Notes under the pieces: model-generated | What the model saw: only the letters and a program-made list of their open reading frames with translations | What the model was told of the DNA's origin: nothing | The model's database searches: none | DNA from: a virus | Lineage: Duplodnaviria; Caudoviricetes | Virus record (IMG/VR): IMGVR_UViG_3300037100_000070 | Location: 1 to 24,605 of that record | DNA: 24,605 nt | Strand: one strand, 5' to 3' | Translations under genes and position numbers: made by a program | Part shown: in pieces, positions 1-9,125 of the stretch | How positions within the stretch are numbered: position 1 is the stretch's first letter | How the letters are laid out: every line of letters begins with the position of its first letter

Positions 1-2
1 GC

Positions 3-266
3 GACAACTCGGCCCGTCTTCAAAAAGAGTCGGTGCTACTTGCACTCAACTCAGACTATGCCGAACAGCAAATGAACGCGAACAATTTTTTTATTGGGAA
101 ACTCCCGCCAGGGGCGCAGTTTAACAATCTCTCGATGCAAGATGGCGCCGCCATTCCCTACCGCTTTACGATTTCAATTGTGATTCAGTATTTGTATCAA
201 CTATTCCCGACGCCGAACTACATGACCCCGACAAACCCACCAACAGTAAACTATGTCCAAAAGTAA
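3..266 (+). CDS. Phage neck/tail terminator protein, 3' part (gene starts before the window)
   Basis: Frame is open from position 3 (DNSARLQKESVLLALNSDYAEQQ...RFTISIV) and lies directly upstream of the sheath gene, the usual tail-terminator position. Confidence 0.55.
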   Translation, partial: DNSARLQKESVLLALNSDYAEQQMNANNFFIGKLPPGAQFNNLSMQDGAAIPYRFTISIVIQYLYQLFPTPNYMTPTNPPTVNYVQK

Positions 267-282
267 AAAGGAGAATCACTAG

Positions 283-2034
283 ATGGCCACTTTACCAATT
301 ACAAACGTGATCAACATTTCGGCGGCGACAGCGCAGGCCGGGGTTAACCAGTTTAATACATCAAACATGGCGATTTTTACCGACGACTGTCCTCAAGACG
401 CGGTCTTGACAATCGTTTTTGGCGGAACCGCCGCAAGCGGTAGCTTCACTCTCGCCTTTGGCGGAAACAACACGTCGTCAATCGCTTATAACGCAACTCT
501 TGCAACCATCACAGCCGACATTTTGGCCGTCTCGGGCATGAGTAACGTATCTGTCACGGGATCGATTTCGTCAGGGATCACGATCACACAACCCGGCGTT
601 TTAGGATCGATTCTCGCCTGCACGGTTACGGCAAACACTCTTCAGACTTCGGGCTCGGTTGCCGTCACAGTAACGCCGACTGTGACAAACGCCGGCTGGT
701 CTGGCGGCTCGGCCGGATACGCAATCTATCTAAGCCCCACTCAAGCGCAGCTTGATTTCGGCACTGGTTCAAAAACAGCGCAAATGGTGACCAGCATGTT
801 CTCTCAGCAACCAAACATGCTGGCCGGCAACGGCGCCGTCATCGTGATTCCGTTTGCGGTTAACGTTCAAACACTTTCGTTTAATGCGACACCTACGAGT
901 GGCGCTTATGAAATAACTTGGAACTCTCTCACGACTACAAGTATTTCAACTTTGACCGCCGCCGCAGCTCAGACCGCATTACAGGCCTTGACTGGTCTGT
1001 CACAAGTACGGGTTACGGGCTCGATTGTGTCGGGAGGCGCACTTAAAGTGTGGTTCTTTGGGCAATACGGCGTGTCGTCTCAAGTGCTTGGGTCAACGTC
1101 AAACACACTCTCGCCCACAACGGTGATCACGCAAGCCACTGTTGCAACTGGTGAGTCTTGGGGCACAGCCATTACTCGAACGCAAAGTCTTGTGTCTTAT
1201 CTCGGAAACTGCGTGAACGAACTTGCCGACACGATCGGCTCAACAGACGTTCTTGCTGCGGCCGCGATCATCCAAGCCCTGAATTACTCATGTCTCGGGT
1301 TTGTGGTTTCGAATAACTCAACCGATGTCGCCTCAAGCGGCATGGCCTCTCAGATTTCGGGCGCAAGCGATTCTTGTACGCGGTTTCTCTACTACGGCGA
1401 CACGACAACTGTTGGCGGGATTGCCGGCATCAACGCCCTTCTTTTCATGGCGTCATATTGTGGGTTAGCACTTTCGACAAATTTCGCGGGCTCAAACACG
1501 ACGCAGACGATGCACTTAAAGTCGCTATCGACGGTTAACGCCGACCCCACCATCACGCAAACGATTTTAAACAACTGCATCTTATATGGGGCGGACGCAT
1601 ACCCGAGTCTTCAAGGGGTCGCGAAAGTGTTTTGCTCGGGCGCCAATCAATATTTTGACCAGGCTTATAACTTGTGCTGGTTCATCACGTCTTTGTCGGT
1701 TGCGGGCTTTAACTACCTTGCGCAATCGAGCACCAAGGTTCCGCAAACTGAACCCGGAATGGACGGCCTTAAAACAGCCTACCGCGCGGTTTGTGAGCAA
1801 GCGGTATCAAACCAGTACCTAGCAGCGGGGACGTGGACAAGCTCGACGACTTTTGGTGTGCAAGCCGACTTTATTAATAACATCAAACAGCGCGGGTACT
1901 ACATTTATTCGGCACCAGTTGCGCAGCAATCGGCGGCCGCGCGCGCGGCCAGACAAGCGCCGCTTGTGCAGATTGCAGCAAAGCAAGCCGGGGCGATTCA
2001 AAGTTCGACGGTCGTTGTTTACGTAAACGCATAA
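283..2034 (+). CDS. Contractile tail sheath protein (DUF3383-like) with two inserted S/T-rich domains
   Basis: 583 aa with AAGGAG SD. C-terminal motifs KVPQTEPGMDGLK, GYYIYSAPVAQQSAAARAARQAP and KQAGAIQSSTVVVYVN are typical of DUF3383 sheaths, and the tube gene follows. Confidence 0.9.
   Translation: MATLPITNVINISAATAQAGVNQFNTSNMAIFTDDCPQDAVLTIVFGGTAASGSFTLAFGGNNTSSIAYNATLATITADILAVSGMSNVSVTGSISSGITITQPGVLGSILACTVTANTLQTSGSVAVTVTPTVTNAGWSGGSAGYAIYLSPTQAQLDFGTGSKTAQMVTSMFSQQPNMLAGNGAVIVIPFAVNVQTLSFNATPTSGAYEITWNSLTTTSISTLTAAAAQTALQALTGLSQVRVTGSIVSGGALKVWFFGQYGVSSQVLGSTSNTLSPTTVITQATVATGESWGTAITRTQSLVSYLGNCVNELADTIGSTDVLAAAAIIQALNYSCLGFVVSNNSTDVASSGMASQISGASDSCTRFLYYGDTTTVGGIAGINALLFMASYCGLALSTNFAGSNTTQTMHLKSLSTVNADPTITQTILNNCILYGADAYPSLQGVAKVFCSGANQYFDQAYNLCWFITSLSVAGFNYLAQSSTKVPQTEPGMDGLKTAYRAVCEQAVSNQYLAAGTWTSSTTFGVQADFINNIKQRGYYIYSAPVAQQSAAARAARQAPLVQIAAKQAGAIQSSTVVVYVNA
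403..696 (+). repeat. Inserted S/T-rich tail domain, copy 1 (sheath)
   Basis: VLTIVFGGTAASGSFTLAFGGNNTSSIAYNATLATITADILAVSGMSNVSVTGSI...ANTLQTSG. Confidence 0.75.
865..1152 (+). repeat. Inserted S/T-rich tail domain, copy 2 (sheath)
   Basis: VQTLSFNATPTSGAYEITWNSLTTTSI...AQTALQALTGLSQVRVTGSI...SNTL. Confidence 0.75.
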
Positions 2035-2044
2035 AGGGGAGACT

Positions 2045-2500
2045 ATGGCAAGACTTACGCTTTCAGGTTCGGACACGGCGACCATCAATAACCAGACGCT
2101 CGCAGATTTTGCGGACGGCAATTTTATTGAGTTAACCTTTCCGAACGACATTGCAAATGTGAAGACGGGCAAAAACCAAAACTCGATTTACGGCTTTAAC
2201 GCTTCGGGCGTTCAGGCCGAAGCAAAGATTCGGCTTGTGAGGGGCGGAAACGACGACAAGTTTTTAAACAACCTCCTCATTCAGCAAAATAACAACTTCT
2301 CGGGCACGGTTCTTTTGACCGGGACGTTCATCAAAAAACTCGGTGACGGTAGCGGGAATATTACGTCTGACACGTACATCTTAGCTGGTGGGATTTTTCA
2401 AAAAATCCCCGAAGGCAAGTCAAACGCTGAGGGCGAAACCGAACAGTCGATTGCGATTTACGCGATTAAATTCGCAAGTGCTGTGAGAGTGATCACATGA
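2045..2500 (+). CDS. Tail tube protein
   Basis: 151 aa beta-rich protein right after the sheath (DFADGNFIELTFPND...GKNQN), GGGG SD at 2036-2039. Confidence 0.8.
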   Translation: MARLTLSGSDTATINNQTLADFADGNFIELTFPNDIANVKTGKNQNSIYGFNASGVQAEAKIRLVRGGNDDKFLNNLLIQQNNNFSGTVLLTGTFIKKLGDGSGNITSDTYILAGGIFQKIPEGKSNAEGETEQSIAIYAIKFASAVRVIT

Positions 2501-2895
2501 GTGAGCACAAACTTAAAAGCGGCAACGCTGTATTAAAAATTAATAACGTCCCGTTTGCTGAAGCCGATGCGCTCAATCAAGCGGTCATGGCTGAACTTCG
2601 CGTCATGAAGTTCACCAAAGAAGAAATCGGCGACTTGATGAAAAACGTTTTTGCGGCGGGGCTATCAAGCCCCCTCATTCAAAAAGAGTTATGGAATGTT
2701 TTTAAACGCTGTCAGTATTGTGACAAGCGCGGAGAACTTAAAATTGACAAAGACACGTTTGAGCCCAAAGAGGCGCGTGCCGACTATGTGGAGGTTTGCA
2801 CACTTGTTATTCAAGAGGTGTGCGGCCCTTTTTTGAGCGGCCTCTATGCAGAGTTCAAAACCCTATTCGGGGTTCTGCAACCTTACCTAGTGTAG
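2497..2895 (+). CDS. Tail assembly chaperone (lambda gpG-like)
   Basis: 132 aa charged protein between tube and tape measure, ATGA overlap with the tube gene, slippery site near its 3' end. Confidence 0.7.
   Translation: MSEHKLKSGNAVLKINNVPFAEADALNQAVMAELRVMKFTKEEIGDLMKNVFAAGLSSPLIQKELWNVFKRCQYCDKRGELKIDKDTFEPKEARADYVEVCTLVIQEVCGPFLSGLYAEFKTLFGVLQPYLV
2826..2835 (+). promoter_or_regulatory. Programmed -1 frameshift slippery site CCCTTTTTTG
   Basis: C CCT TTT and T TTT TTG both fit X XXY YYZ in the chaperone reading phase, and the -1 frame stays open to 3059. Confidence 0.65.
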
Positions 2896-3059
2896 AGGCC
2901 AAAAACGATGTTTTGTTAATTCATCTCCGTTTGGTGAAGTTGGGTTATGGGTCGTTTAAAGAAGTGCAAGACCTCGACGCCCGAACAGTGCTGCAAGCTC
3001 TAAGTTACGAAGAGTTTTGCAGTGACTACGAAAGGACTTATTTGGAGCTGAACAAATGA
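2832..3059 (+). CDS. Frameshift extension of the tail chaperone (gpGT-like C-terminal part)
   Basis: -1 frame ORF (track 2796..3059) without a convincing start of its own; fills the gap to the tape measure and ends in an ATGA overlap with it. Confidence 0.65.
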   Translation, partial: FERPLCRVQNPIRGSATLPSVEAKNDVLLIHLRLVKLGYGSFKEVQDLDARTVLQALSYEEFCSDYERTYLELNK

Positions 3060-4174
3060 ATGTCGCCGAATTATTTGTCAATTTAGGCATTAAAGGTTCT
3101 GAAAAAACTGTCGGCGCTTTGTCGGACGTAAAAAAGGGCCTGGGCGGCATTAAAGACACGTCGCTTGAAGCAAAAGCCGCAATTGTGGGCGCCATGTATG
3201 GTCTTGAACGAATGATGGCGATTTCAGGTGCCGCCGGCACGAACCTCACCAATTTTTCGGCACTTACCGGACTCTCGGCGCGTTCTCTTCAACAGTGGCA
3301 GTTCGCCGCGCGCCAAGCCGGCGTTTCAAACGACGAACTGACCGGGTCGCTTAAGGGCGTGCAAAACTCGATGGCGAACATGCTCCTCGGTAAAGGCGCT
3401 CCGGAAGGCATAGCACTCTTATCAAAAGCTGTCGGCGGGATCGACCCAAAACGCTATCGCGACACGTTCTACATGATGACAAAACTTCAAGAGGGCATTC
3501 AGAAAATGACGCCTGAAATGGGCGCCATGGTCGGAAAATCCTTCGGGCTGTCTGAAGGCGTTATAGCCGGCATGAGGCGAAACGTCTTCACCCCGGACAT
3601 GCTCGCAAAAGCTCCCACCTATTCCGACAAAGAAATCGCGTCTCTTGATAAGTCAAACATAGCGTGGAGCAACCTCGCAAATACCATTCAAATGGCGTTT
3701 GGCCGTTTCAACGCAAAACACGGGCAAGAATTGGTGGGGGACATCACAAAGCTGGTTCCGCACGTTGTGCATCTTGCTGAGGCGTTTACGAAGCTTGCCG
3801 AAACCGTTCACCTCTTTCAAGGTATCACGAAAGTATTTGACGGTTGGATCTTGATTTTCGACAAGCTCACAGCCGGCGTTAAAATGTTTACGTCGGGGTT
3901 TAGTTCGGGCGGTAAAAACGATTCATTCATGACAAAAGTCGATAAGGGGCTTGACCAAATTTTGCCGTCGCCTGACGACTTAGCGACTTATTTTAAGTAT
4001 TTGATTTCGCCCGGTCAGCCGGACGGCGGAAAACCGGGCGCGGGCGCCACCACCATAAATCAAAACATCACTCATATAGGCGACGCCAAAGACACGAAAT
4101 CAGTGAAGGACCTCCACAAGTCTGCAATCAACCACGCTTATCGTCAGCGTTCAGCGCAAAATCAGGGGGCGTAA
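3056..4174 (+). CDS. Short tape measure protein
   Basis: 372 aa helical A/G/K-rich protein; MNVAELFVNLG N-terminus and TGLSARSLQQWQFAARQAGVS motif; canonical position after the chaperones. Confidence 0.75.
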   Translation: MNVAELFVNLGIKGSEKTVGALSDVKKGLGGIKDTSLEAKAAIVGAMYGLERMMAISGAAGTNLTNFSALTGLSARSLQQWQFAARQAGVSNDELTGSLKGVQNSMANMLLGKGAPEGIALLSKAVGGIDPKRYRDTFYMMTKLQEGIQKMTPEMGAMVGKSFGLSEGVIAGMRRNVFTPDMLAKAPTYSDKEIASLDKSNIAWSNLANTIQMAFGRFNAKHGQELVGDITKLVPHVVHLAEAFTKLAETVHLFQGITKVFDGWILIFDKLTAGVKMFTSGFSSGGKNDSFMTKVDKGLDQILPSPDDLATYFKYLISPGQPDGGKPGAGATTINQNITHIGDAKDTKSVKDLHKSAINHAYRQRSAQNQGA

Positions 4175-5050
4175 ATGGCGATTGGTCTATCAGCTCTTTC
4201 ACCCATTACGACAACGGCCACGGCACTTTCAAACCTCGTGCTGGTTAATCCGCAACAGACAGTCGGGTACCAGCCGATGAACCCGCCGAACCCGGACGGC
4301 ACGCCATCGACCGCAGCACTTCCGCCGTCTTTTCTTTTTAACTACGAGGGCGAACAGTCAGCACAACTTCAGTCCGACATCACCGACCACTACATTGAAG
4401 ATAACACAGCCCTCCAAGATCAAATCGCGCTTAAGCCCGTTATCATAACTACGCAAGGTTTTATTGGTGAACTTAACGACATCGCGCCACCAGGGCTTTC
4501 AACCGTAAAACAACTCGCGCAAAAGCTGACCGTCGTTTCGGCCTATACGCCGGCTCTATCGGCTTCGGCCCTCATAGCCTACAACACGGCTTTTCAGCTT
4601 TACCAGACCGCACAAAACGCTGTGAATTCGGCCGTAAGCGCCTGGTCTTCAATTAACGGCACGGGCGGCGAATCGGTCATTTCTGGCAACATCAATTTTC
4701 CGATAGCGTCAGCGCCCAATCAAAACAAACAACAGGTCGCTTTTCAACAGCTCTTTGGATATTGGCAATCGCGCACACTTTTTACAGTCCAAACCCCGTG
4801 GGCGATTTTTCAAAACATGGCGATTTTGTCTATGCGTCCGGTGCAAGATGCCGATCAGCCCGTCATCACGACTTTTGAAATGAGTTTTAAGCAAATGCGT
4901 TTTGCGCAGACTGTTACGACCGGCGGAACGATTGGGTCAAATCAACAGGGGCGGTTTGCGCAAATGGCGCAAGGCACGACAGGTCTTGGTGCGATCACAC
5001 CAACGCCCGCAGCGTCTTTGTCGTCTCAACTTACAGCGAGTGCACTATAA
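4175..5050 (+). CDS. Baseplate/tail-tube initiator (Dit-like) protein
   Basis: Motifs ITDHYIEDNTALQDQIALKP and FTVQTPWAIFQNMAI; follows the tape measure. Confidence 0.7.
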   Translation: MAIGLSALSPITTTATALSNLVLVNPQQTVGYQPMNPPNPDGTPSTAALPPSFLFNYEGEQSAQLQSDITDHYIEDNTALQDQIALKPVIITTQGFIGELNDIAPPGLSTVKQLAQKLTVVSAYTPALSASALIAYNTAFQLYQTAQNAVNSAVSAWSSINGTGGESVISGNINFPIASAPNQNKQQVAFQQLFGYWQSRTLFTVQTPWAIFQNMAILSMRPVQDADQPVITTFEMSFKQMRFAQTVTTGGTIGSNQQGRFAQMAQGTTGLGAITPTPAASLSSQLTASAL

Positions 5051-5412
5051 TGTACGCCATTCAGCAAATCACAAGTGCGCCGACTCAAACGATGACACTC
5101 ATTCTCCCAAGCGGGCAGACGGCAAACCTCACCATTCAATACGCGGCTCAGCAATACTGTTGGTTCATTTTGTCACTCACCTACGCGCCTTTAAATTTCA
5201 CTCTGCAAGGTGTGCAAATTACGGCCAACCCCAACATGCTAAACCAATGGCGAAACTCACTCCCTTTCGGGCTTGGCTGTTTTGTGAACGGAAACCGCGA
5301 GCCCACGCAACTGCAAGACTTTTCAAGCGGCAACGCCCAACTTTTTATTTTAACACAAGCTGAAGTCGCGTCTTACTGGGCCTACCTACAAGCGGGGGTC
5401 ACAGCTCCATAA
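5050..5412 (+). CDS. Small baseplate (plug-like) protein
   Basis: 120 aa, TAATG coupling on both sides, located between the Dit-like and hub genes. Confidence 0.55.
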   Translation: MYAIQQITSAPTQTMTLILPSGQTANLTIQYAAQQYCWFILSLTYAPLNFTLQGVQITANPNMLNQWRNSLPFGLGCFVNGNREPTQLQDFSSGNAQLFILTQAEVASYWAYLQAGVTAP

Positions 5413-6302
5413 TGCAGAAATTCAATCGTAATTACGTTTTAAATGTTGGCACGGCGGGCGGTGGGCTCCTCACTGTCGAGCCGCCTTTTACGGTTGAGTT
5501 TGACGTGACCCGCAACACTTTAACGTCGGCCAATGTATGCTCGATTCGAATTTATAACCTCTCAAAGAACAATCGAAATCTTTTACGCTTTAACGCCTAC
5601 GATCAAGGCGACTACCGAGTTGTGCAACTCTTTGCGGGCTACGGGCAAAATCTGTCCCAGATTTTTTCCGGCAACGTGACGCAAGCCTGGTCGGTGCGGG
5701 AAGGTACGAACTTTATAACGACGGTCGAGTCTTTTGATGGTGGGTACGCGTTTAATAATGGCTTTTCAAATACAAATTTTCCGGCGGGCACTTCTCTTGC
5801 GACTGTTATCGGCGCTCTTGCAGGTTCACTCCCAAACGTCCAACCCGGATATATTGGAAGCTACCCCGGCACCATTCCGCGCGGGATCGCCGTCAACGGC
5901 AACACACTTTCTATTTTAAGAGACCTAACCGGCGGCGGCGTTTTTATTGATAACGGTTACGTCAATTGTCTCGGCAATAACGAGTGTATTCCCGCAAACG
6001 GAATCACCACTATTGACGACACAACGGGGCTTATCGGGACGCCGACACTTGAGCAAAACTATCTACACTTTGACACTCTTTTTGAGCCGCGCGTTGTGGT
6101 CGGTCAGCAAATCCAGCTGAACACGACGACGGGGCCGCTTAACGCCTACAATAATAAATCGCTTTGGAATGGTCTTTATAAAGTGGTCGGGGTCATACAC
6201 CGAGGCATGATTTCGGGCGCCGTGTGCGGGGATTGTATTACGTCAATTGAAGTTTTCGCGGGCACGGCGGCACTTACAACCGCAACGGGGGACATACCAT
6301 GA
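5412..6302 (+). CDS. Baseplate hub protein
   Basis: Motifs IRIYNLS...LFAGY...IFSGNV and TGLIGTP typical of hub proteins in this tail type. Confidence 0.75.
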   Translation: MQKFNRNYVLNVGTAGGGLLTVEPPFTVEFDVTRNTLTSANVCSIRIYNLSKNNRNLLRFNAYDQGDYRVVQLFAGYGQNLSQIFSGNVTQAWSVREGTNFITTVESFDGGYAFNNGFSNTNFPAGTSLATVIGALAGSLPNVQPGYIGSYPGTIPRGIAVNGNTLSILRDLTGGGVFIDNGYVNCLGNNECIPANGITTIDDTTGLIGTPTLEQNYLHFDTLFEPRVVVGQQIQLNTTTGPLNAYNNKSLWNGLYKVVGVIHRGMISGAVCGDCITSIEVFAGTAALTTATGDIP

Positions 6303-7045
6303 GTGGGACCTCAATACCTCAAAACGTAGTACCAAATGAACCGACTTTGTCGGATCTTTTGAATCTACTTAAAAAAGAGATTTTTCTCGACATGAATTGC
6401 GTTCACGTCGGCACGATTCAAAGTTTTAATTCATCAAATCAGACCGTGTCGGCGAGTATCAACTATCAAAAAACACTTTTTCAATTAAATTCGACAACAG
6501 GTCTTTACCAACCCGTTCTTGAAACATACCCGACAACGGTTAACTGCCCACTTGTCGTACTCCGAGGTGGGACCGTTTCAATGACGTTTCCGATTGCAGT
6601 CGGCGACGAGTGTCTTCTCCTTTTTAACGACCGAGACATAGACAACTGGTTTACGTCAGGCGCCACCACTCAAGGTAATGCGACCGGGCGGCTTCATGCG
6701 TTTTCTGACGCCATTGCTTTGGTGGGGGTTAAATCAACGCCGAATGTTCTAACAGCTTACGACACTGTGCGGGCTCTACTCACCAACGGAAACGTAGCCA
6801 TCGGCGTCAACCCGTCAACGAATAAGGTCCGTATCGCAAACACTTCTATTGGAACACTTAATTCGCTGTTGCAAAACATCTTAACCCAAATAAAAAATCT
6901 TGTGACGGCATGTGCGGCAATCACGGTCACGGGGGTGACGACAGGCAGCGGGGTGAGCGGAGTCCCGGTCAACGCCGCGACCATTACGGCAATTAGTACA
7001 CAGCTAACAACTTACGCGACTGAGCTTGGAAACTTACTGGAGTAG
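6299..7045 (+). CDS. Baseplate central spike (Gp138-like N-terminal domain)
   Basis: FPIAVGDECLLLFNDRDIDNW and RLHAFSDAIALVG are hallmark Gp138-N motifs. Confidence 0.85.
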   Translation: MSGTSIPQNVVPNEPTLSDLLNLLKKEIFLDMNCVHVGTIQSFNSSNQTVSASINYQKTLFQLNSTTGLYQPVLETYPTTVNCPLVVLRGGTVSMTFPIAVGDECLLLFNDRDIDNWFTSGATTQGNATGRLHAFSDAIALVGVKSTPNVLTAYDTVRALLTNGNVAIGVNPSTNKVRIANTSIGTLNSLLQNILTQIKNLVTACAAITVTGVTTGSGVSGVPVNAATITAISTQLTTYATELGNLLE

Positions 7046-7048
7046 AAC

Positions 7049-7420
7049 ATGACAAGAGCACTTGACTCAAATGGTGATTGGACTTTCGGGAGCGGCATTA
7101 ATAACTACCTGACCGGCAACGCCGAGGTCGGCCAAAACATCCAAACGCGACTTCAGTGTTTTTTGGGCGATTGCTTTTTTGACACCGGCGCCGGGATTGA
7201 TTGGTTTAATCTCTTAGGTTCAAAGCAACAAGTAGCCCTTCAGCTTGCAATCGGGGCCGTTATCTTAAACACCGCAAACGTAACTGGTGGGCTTCAACTA
7301 TCGGTGACCTACAACGAAGTCTCGCGCAAAGTGAACATAATTTATCAGGTTCAAACGACGTACTCACAACTTTCAAACGCGTTCACATATGACTTAAGTG
7401 CGTTTGCGTCAGTAGCTTAA
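7049..7420 (+). CDS. Baseplate wedge/sheath initiator protein (gp25/W-like role)
   Basis: RALDSNGDWTFGSG...QNIQTRLQCFLGDCFFDTGAGIDW motif, between spike and J. Confidence 0.75.
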   Translation: MTRALDSNGDWTFGSGINNYLTGNAEVGQNIQTRLQCFLGDCFFDTGAGIDWFNLLGSKQQVALQLAIGAVILNTANVTGGLQLSVTYNEVSRKVNIIYQVQTTYSQLSNAFTYDLSAFASVA

Positions 7421-7431
7421 GGGGGATAGAC

Positions 7432-9123
7432 ATGCCAAATTCACTAACAAGTACGGGGCTTACGGTTTTCTCTCAAAGCGAACTAGTTGCCGATTTCACA
7501 AGCTACTACCAGCAAATTTACGGCTCCTCGATCAACCTCGCGTCGAACACGCCTGACGCGCAAATGATGGTCAACTTCATTCAAGTGATCTTAGATAATG
7601 CAAATCTCATGATGCAAATCTATAACTCGTTTGACCCGGACCAAGCCGTCGGTGTCGCGCTCGACATGCGGTGTGCGCTCAACGGTATTCAGCGCCAGGC
7701 GGGCACCTACACAGTCACAAACATTACACTCACTTTGTCACAGTCGGTAAATCTTTATGGGCTTGACCAAGTTTCGACAACGGGCAATCCGGTCTACACC
7801 GTATCTGATAGCGCGGGCAATCAATGGCAACTTCAAACCACTCAGCTAGGCGTTGGGCCCGGAACTGTAGTTTACGCGTTTCAAGCGGCAAATCCTGGGG
7901 CCACGCTTACGACTCCGAACACCATTACGGTCCCGGTGACGATAGTTCTAGGGGTTACCACCATCAATAACCCGACAACGTACACGACGCTTGGGACAAA
8001 TGCCGAAACAGACGCGGCCCTCCGCATTCGGCGCTATCAGTCGGTTGCTTTGGCCTCGACCGGGTACTACGCGGGACTTCTCGCGGCCTTAGAAAACATC
8101 ACGGGCGTTACCAGTGCTTATGTCTATGAAAACACGACGGGCGCGACAAATGCGTCGGGCGTTCCGGGGCACTCGATTTGGGTCATTGTGGCCGGGACGG
8201 GAGCTGCGGCCTCAATTGCAAACGCGATTTACACCAAGCGAAGTGCCGGTTGCGGCATGTACGGGGGCACTTCTTACGTCATCACGCAAGTAGACGGCTC
8301 AGCGTTTACGGTTTATTGGGACACAGTTGCAAGTCAAAACCTCTTTGTGGCGTTTACGGCGACCTCAATCAACGGCACAACGCCACCAAATATTAGTGGC
8401 ATTCGGACAGCACTCCCCTCGTCGTTTATTCCCGGCGTTAACGCCGAGGTGAACATCAACCAACTGGCGACCTACGCTCAAACTACAGACTCAAATACTC
8501 TTGTGACCGGCGCCGGGTTTTCGACGGGCCTTACGCAAACTTTGTCTTTTTCTGGCGTCGCCGCAAGCGGCACGTTTGTCGTCAACTATAATGGAAACGC
8601 GACCGTCGCAATTAATTGGAACGATTCTTTGTCGGCTATTCAGACAAAACTGCAAGCGGTCACGGGCCTGTCTTCGGCGACTGTTACGGGCTCGATAGCG
8701 GGCCAGTCTTTGGTGGTGAGTCTTGGTGTGGCAAGTGCCCTTGGGCTTTTGACCATTACCTCAAACTCTCTTCAAACGTCGGGTGCCGCTTCAATCACTG
8801 TTACAAACAACCCCGGCTATACGAATACTCTCTCGCCGACAAGTCAGAAATACCAATTTGCAATTCAAAGTGCCAACATCATTATAACAGCCATGCAGCT
8901 TTCGCCCTCTTCTGCAACCGTTGCGCACGGCGGGAGCACTCAGCAATTTACCGCTTACGGAGGGTACGGGTCATACACTTGGTCGATGTCGTCAAGTCCT
9001 TCGGGCGGGTCGGTTTCGTCGTCTGGTCTTTACACGTCCGGCTCAACTAAAAACGTCACCGACGTTGTGCAAGCGACAGACGCGCTCGGCAACACAATCA
9101 CAGCAAGTATCACGGTGACATAA
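7432..9123 (+). CDS. Baseplate J/gp47-like wedge protein with inserted S/T-rich domain and C-terminal Ig-like domain
   Basis: Motifs SFDPDQAVGVALD, ETDAALRIRR, YENTTG...GVPGHSIWVIV and IANAIY; about 200 aa longer than the core family. Confidence 0.88.
   Translation: MPNSLTSTGLTVFSQSELVADFTSYYQQIYGSSINLASNTPDAQMMVNFIQVILDNANLMMQIYNSFDPDQAVGVALDMRCALNGIQRQAGTYTVTNITLTLSQSVNLYGLDQVSTTGNPVYTVSDSAGNQWQLQTTQLGVGPGTVVYAFQAANPGATLTTPNTITVPVTIVLGVTTINNPTTYTTLGTNAETDAALRIRRYQSVALASTGYYAGLLAALENITGVTSAYVYENTTGATNASGVPGHSIWVIVAGTGAAASIANAIYTKRSAGCGMYGGTSYVITQVDGSAFTVYWDTVASQNLFVAFTATSINGTTPPNISGIRTALPSSFIPGVNAEVNINQLATYAQTTDSNTLVTGAGFSTGLTQTLSFSGVAASGTFVVNYNGNATVAINWNDSLSAIQTKLQAVTGLSSATVTGSIAGQSLVVSLGVASALGLLTITSNSLQTSGAASITVTNNPGYTNTLSPTSQKYQFAIQSANIIITAMQLSPSSATVAHGGSTQQFTAYGGYGSYTWSMSSSPSGGSVSSSGLYTSGSTKNVTDVVQATDALGNTITASITVT
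8533..8817 (+). repeat. Inserted S/T-rich tail domain, copy 3 (baseplate J)
   Basis: TQTLSFSGVAASGTFVVNYNGNATVAINWNDSLSAIQTKLQAVTGLSSATVTGSI...SNSLQTSG. Confidence 0.8.
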
Positions 9124-9125
9124 AG

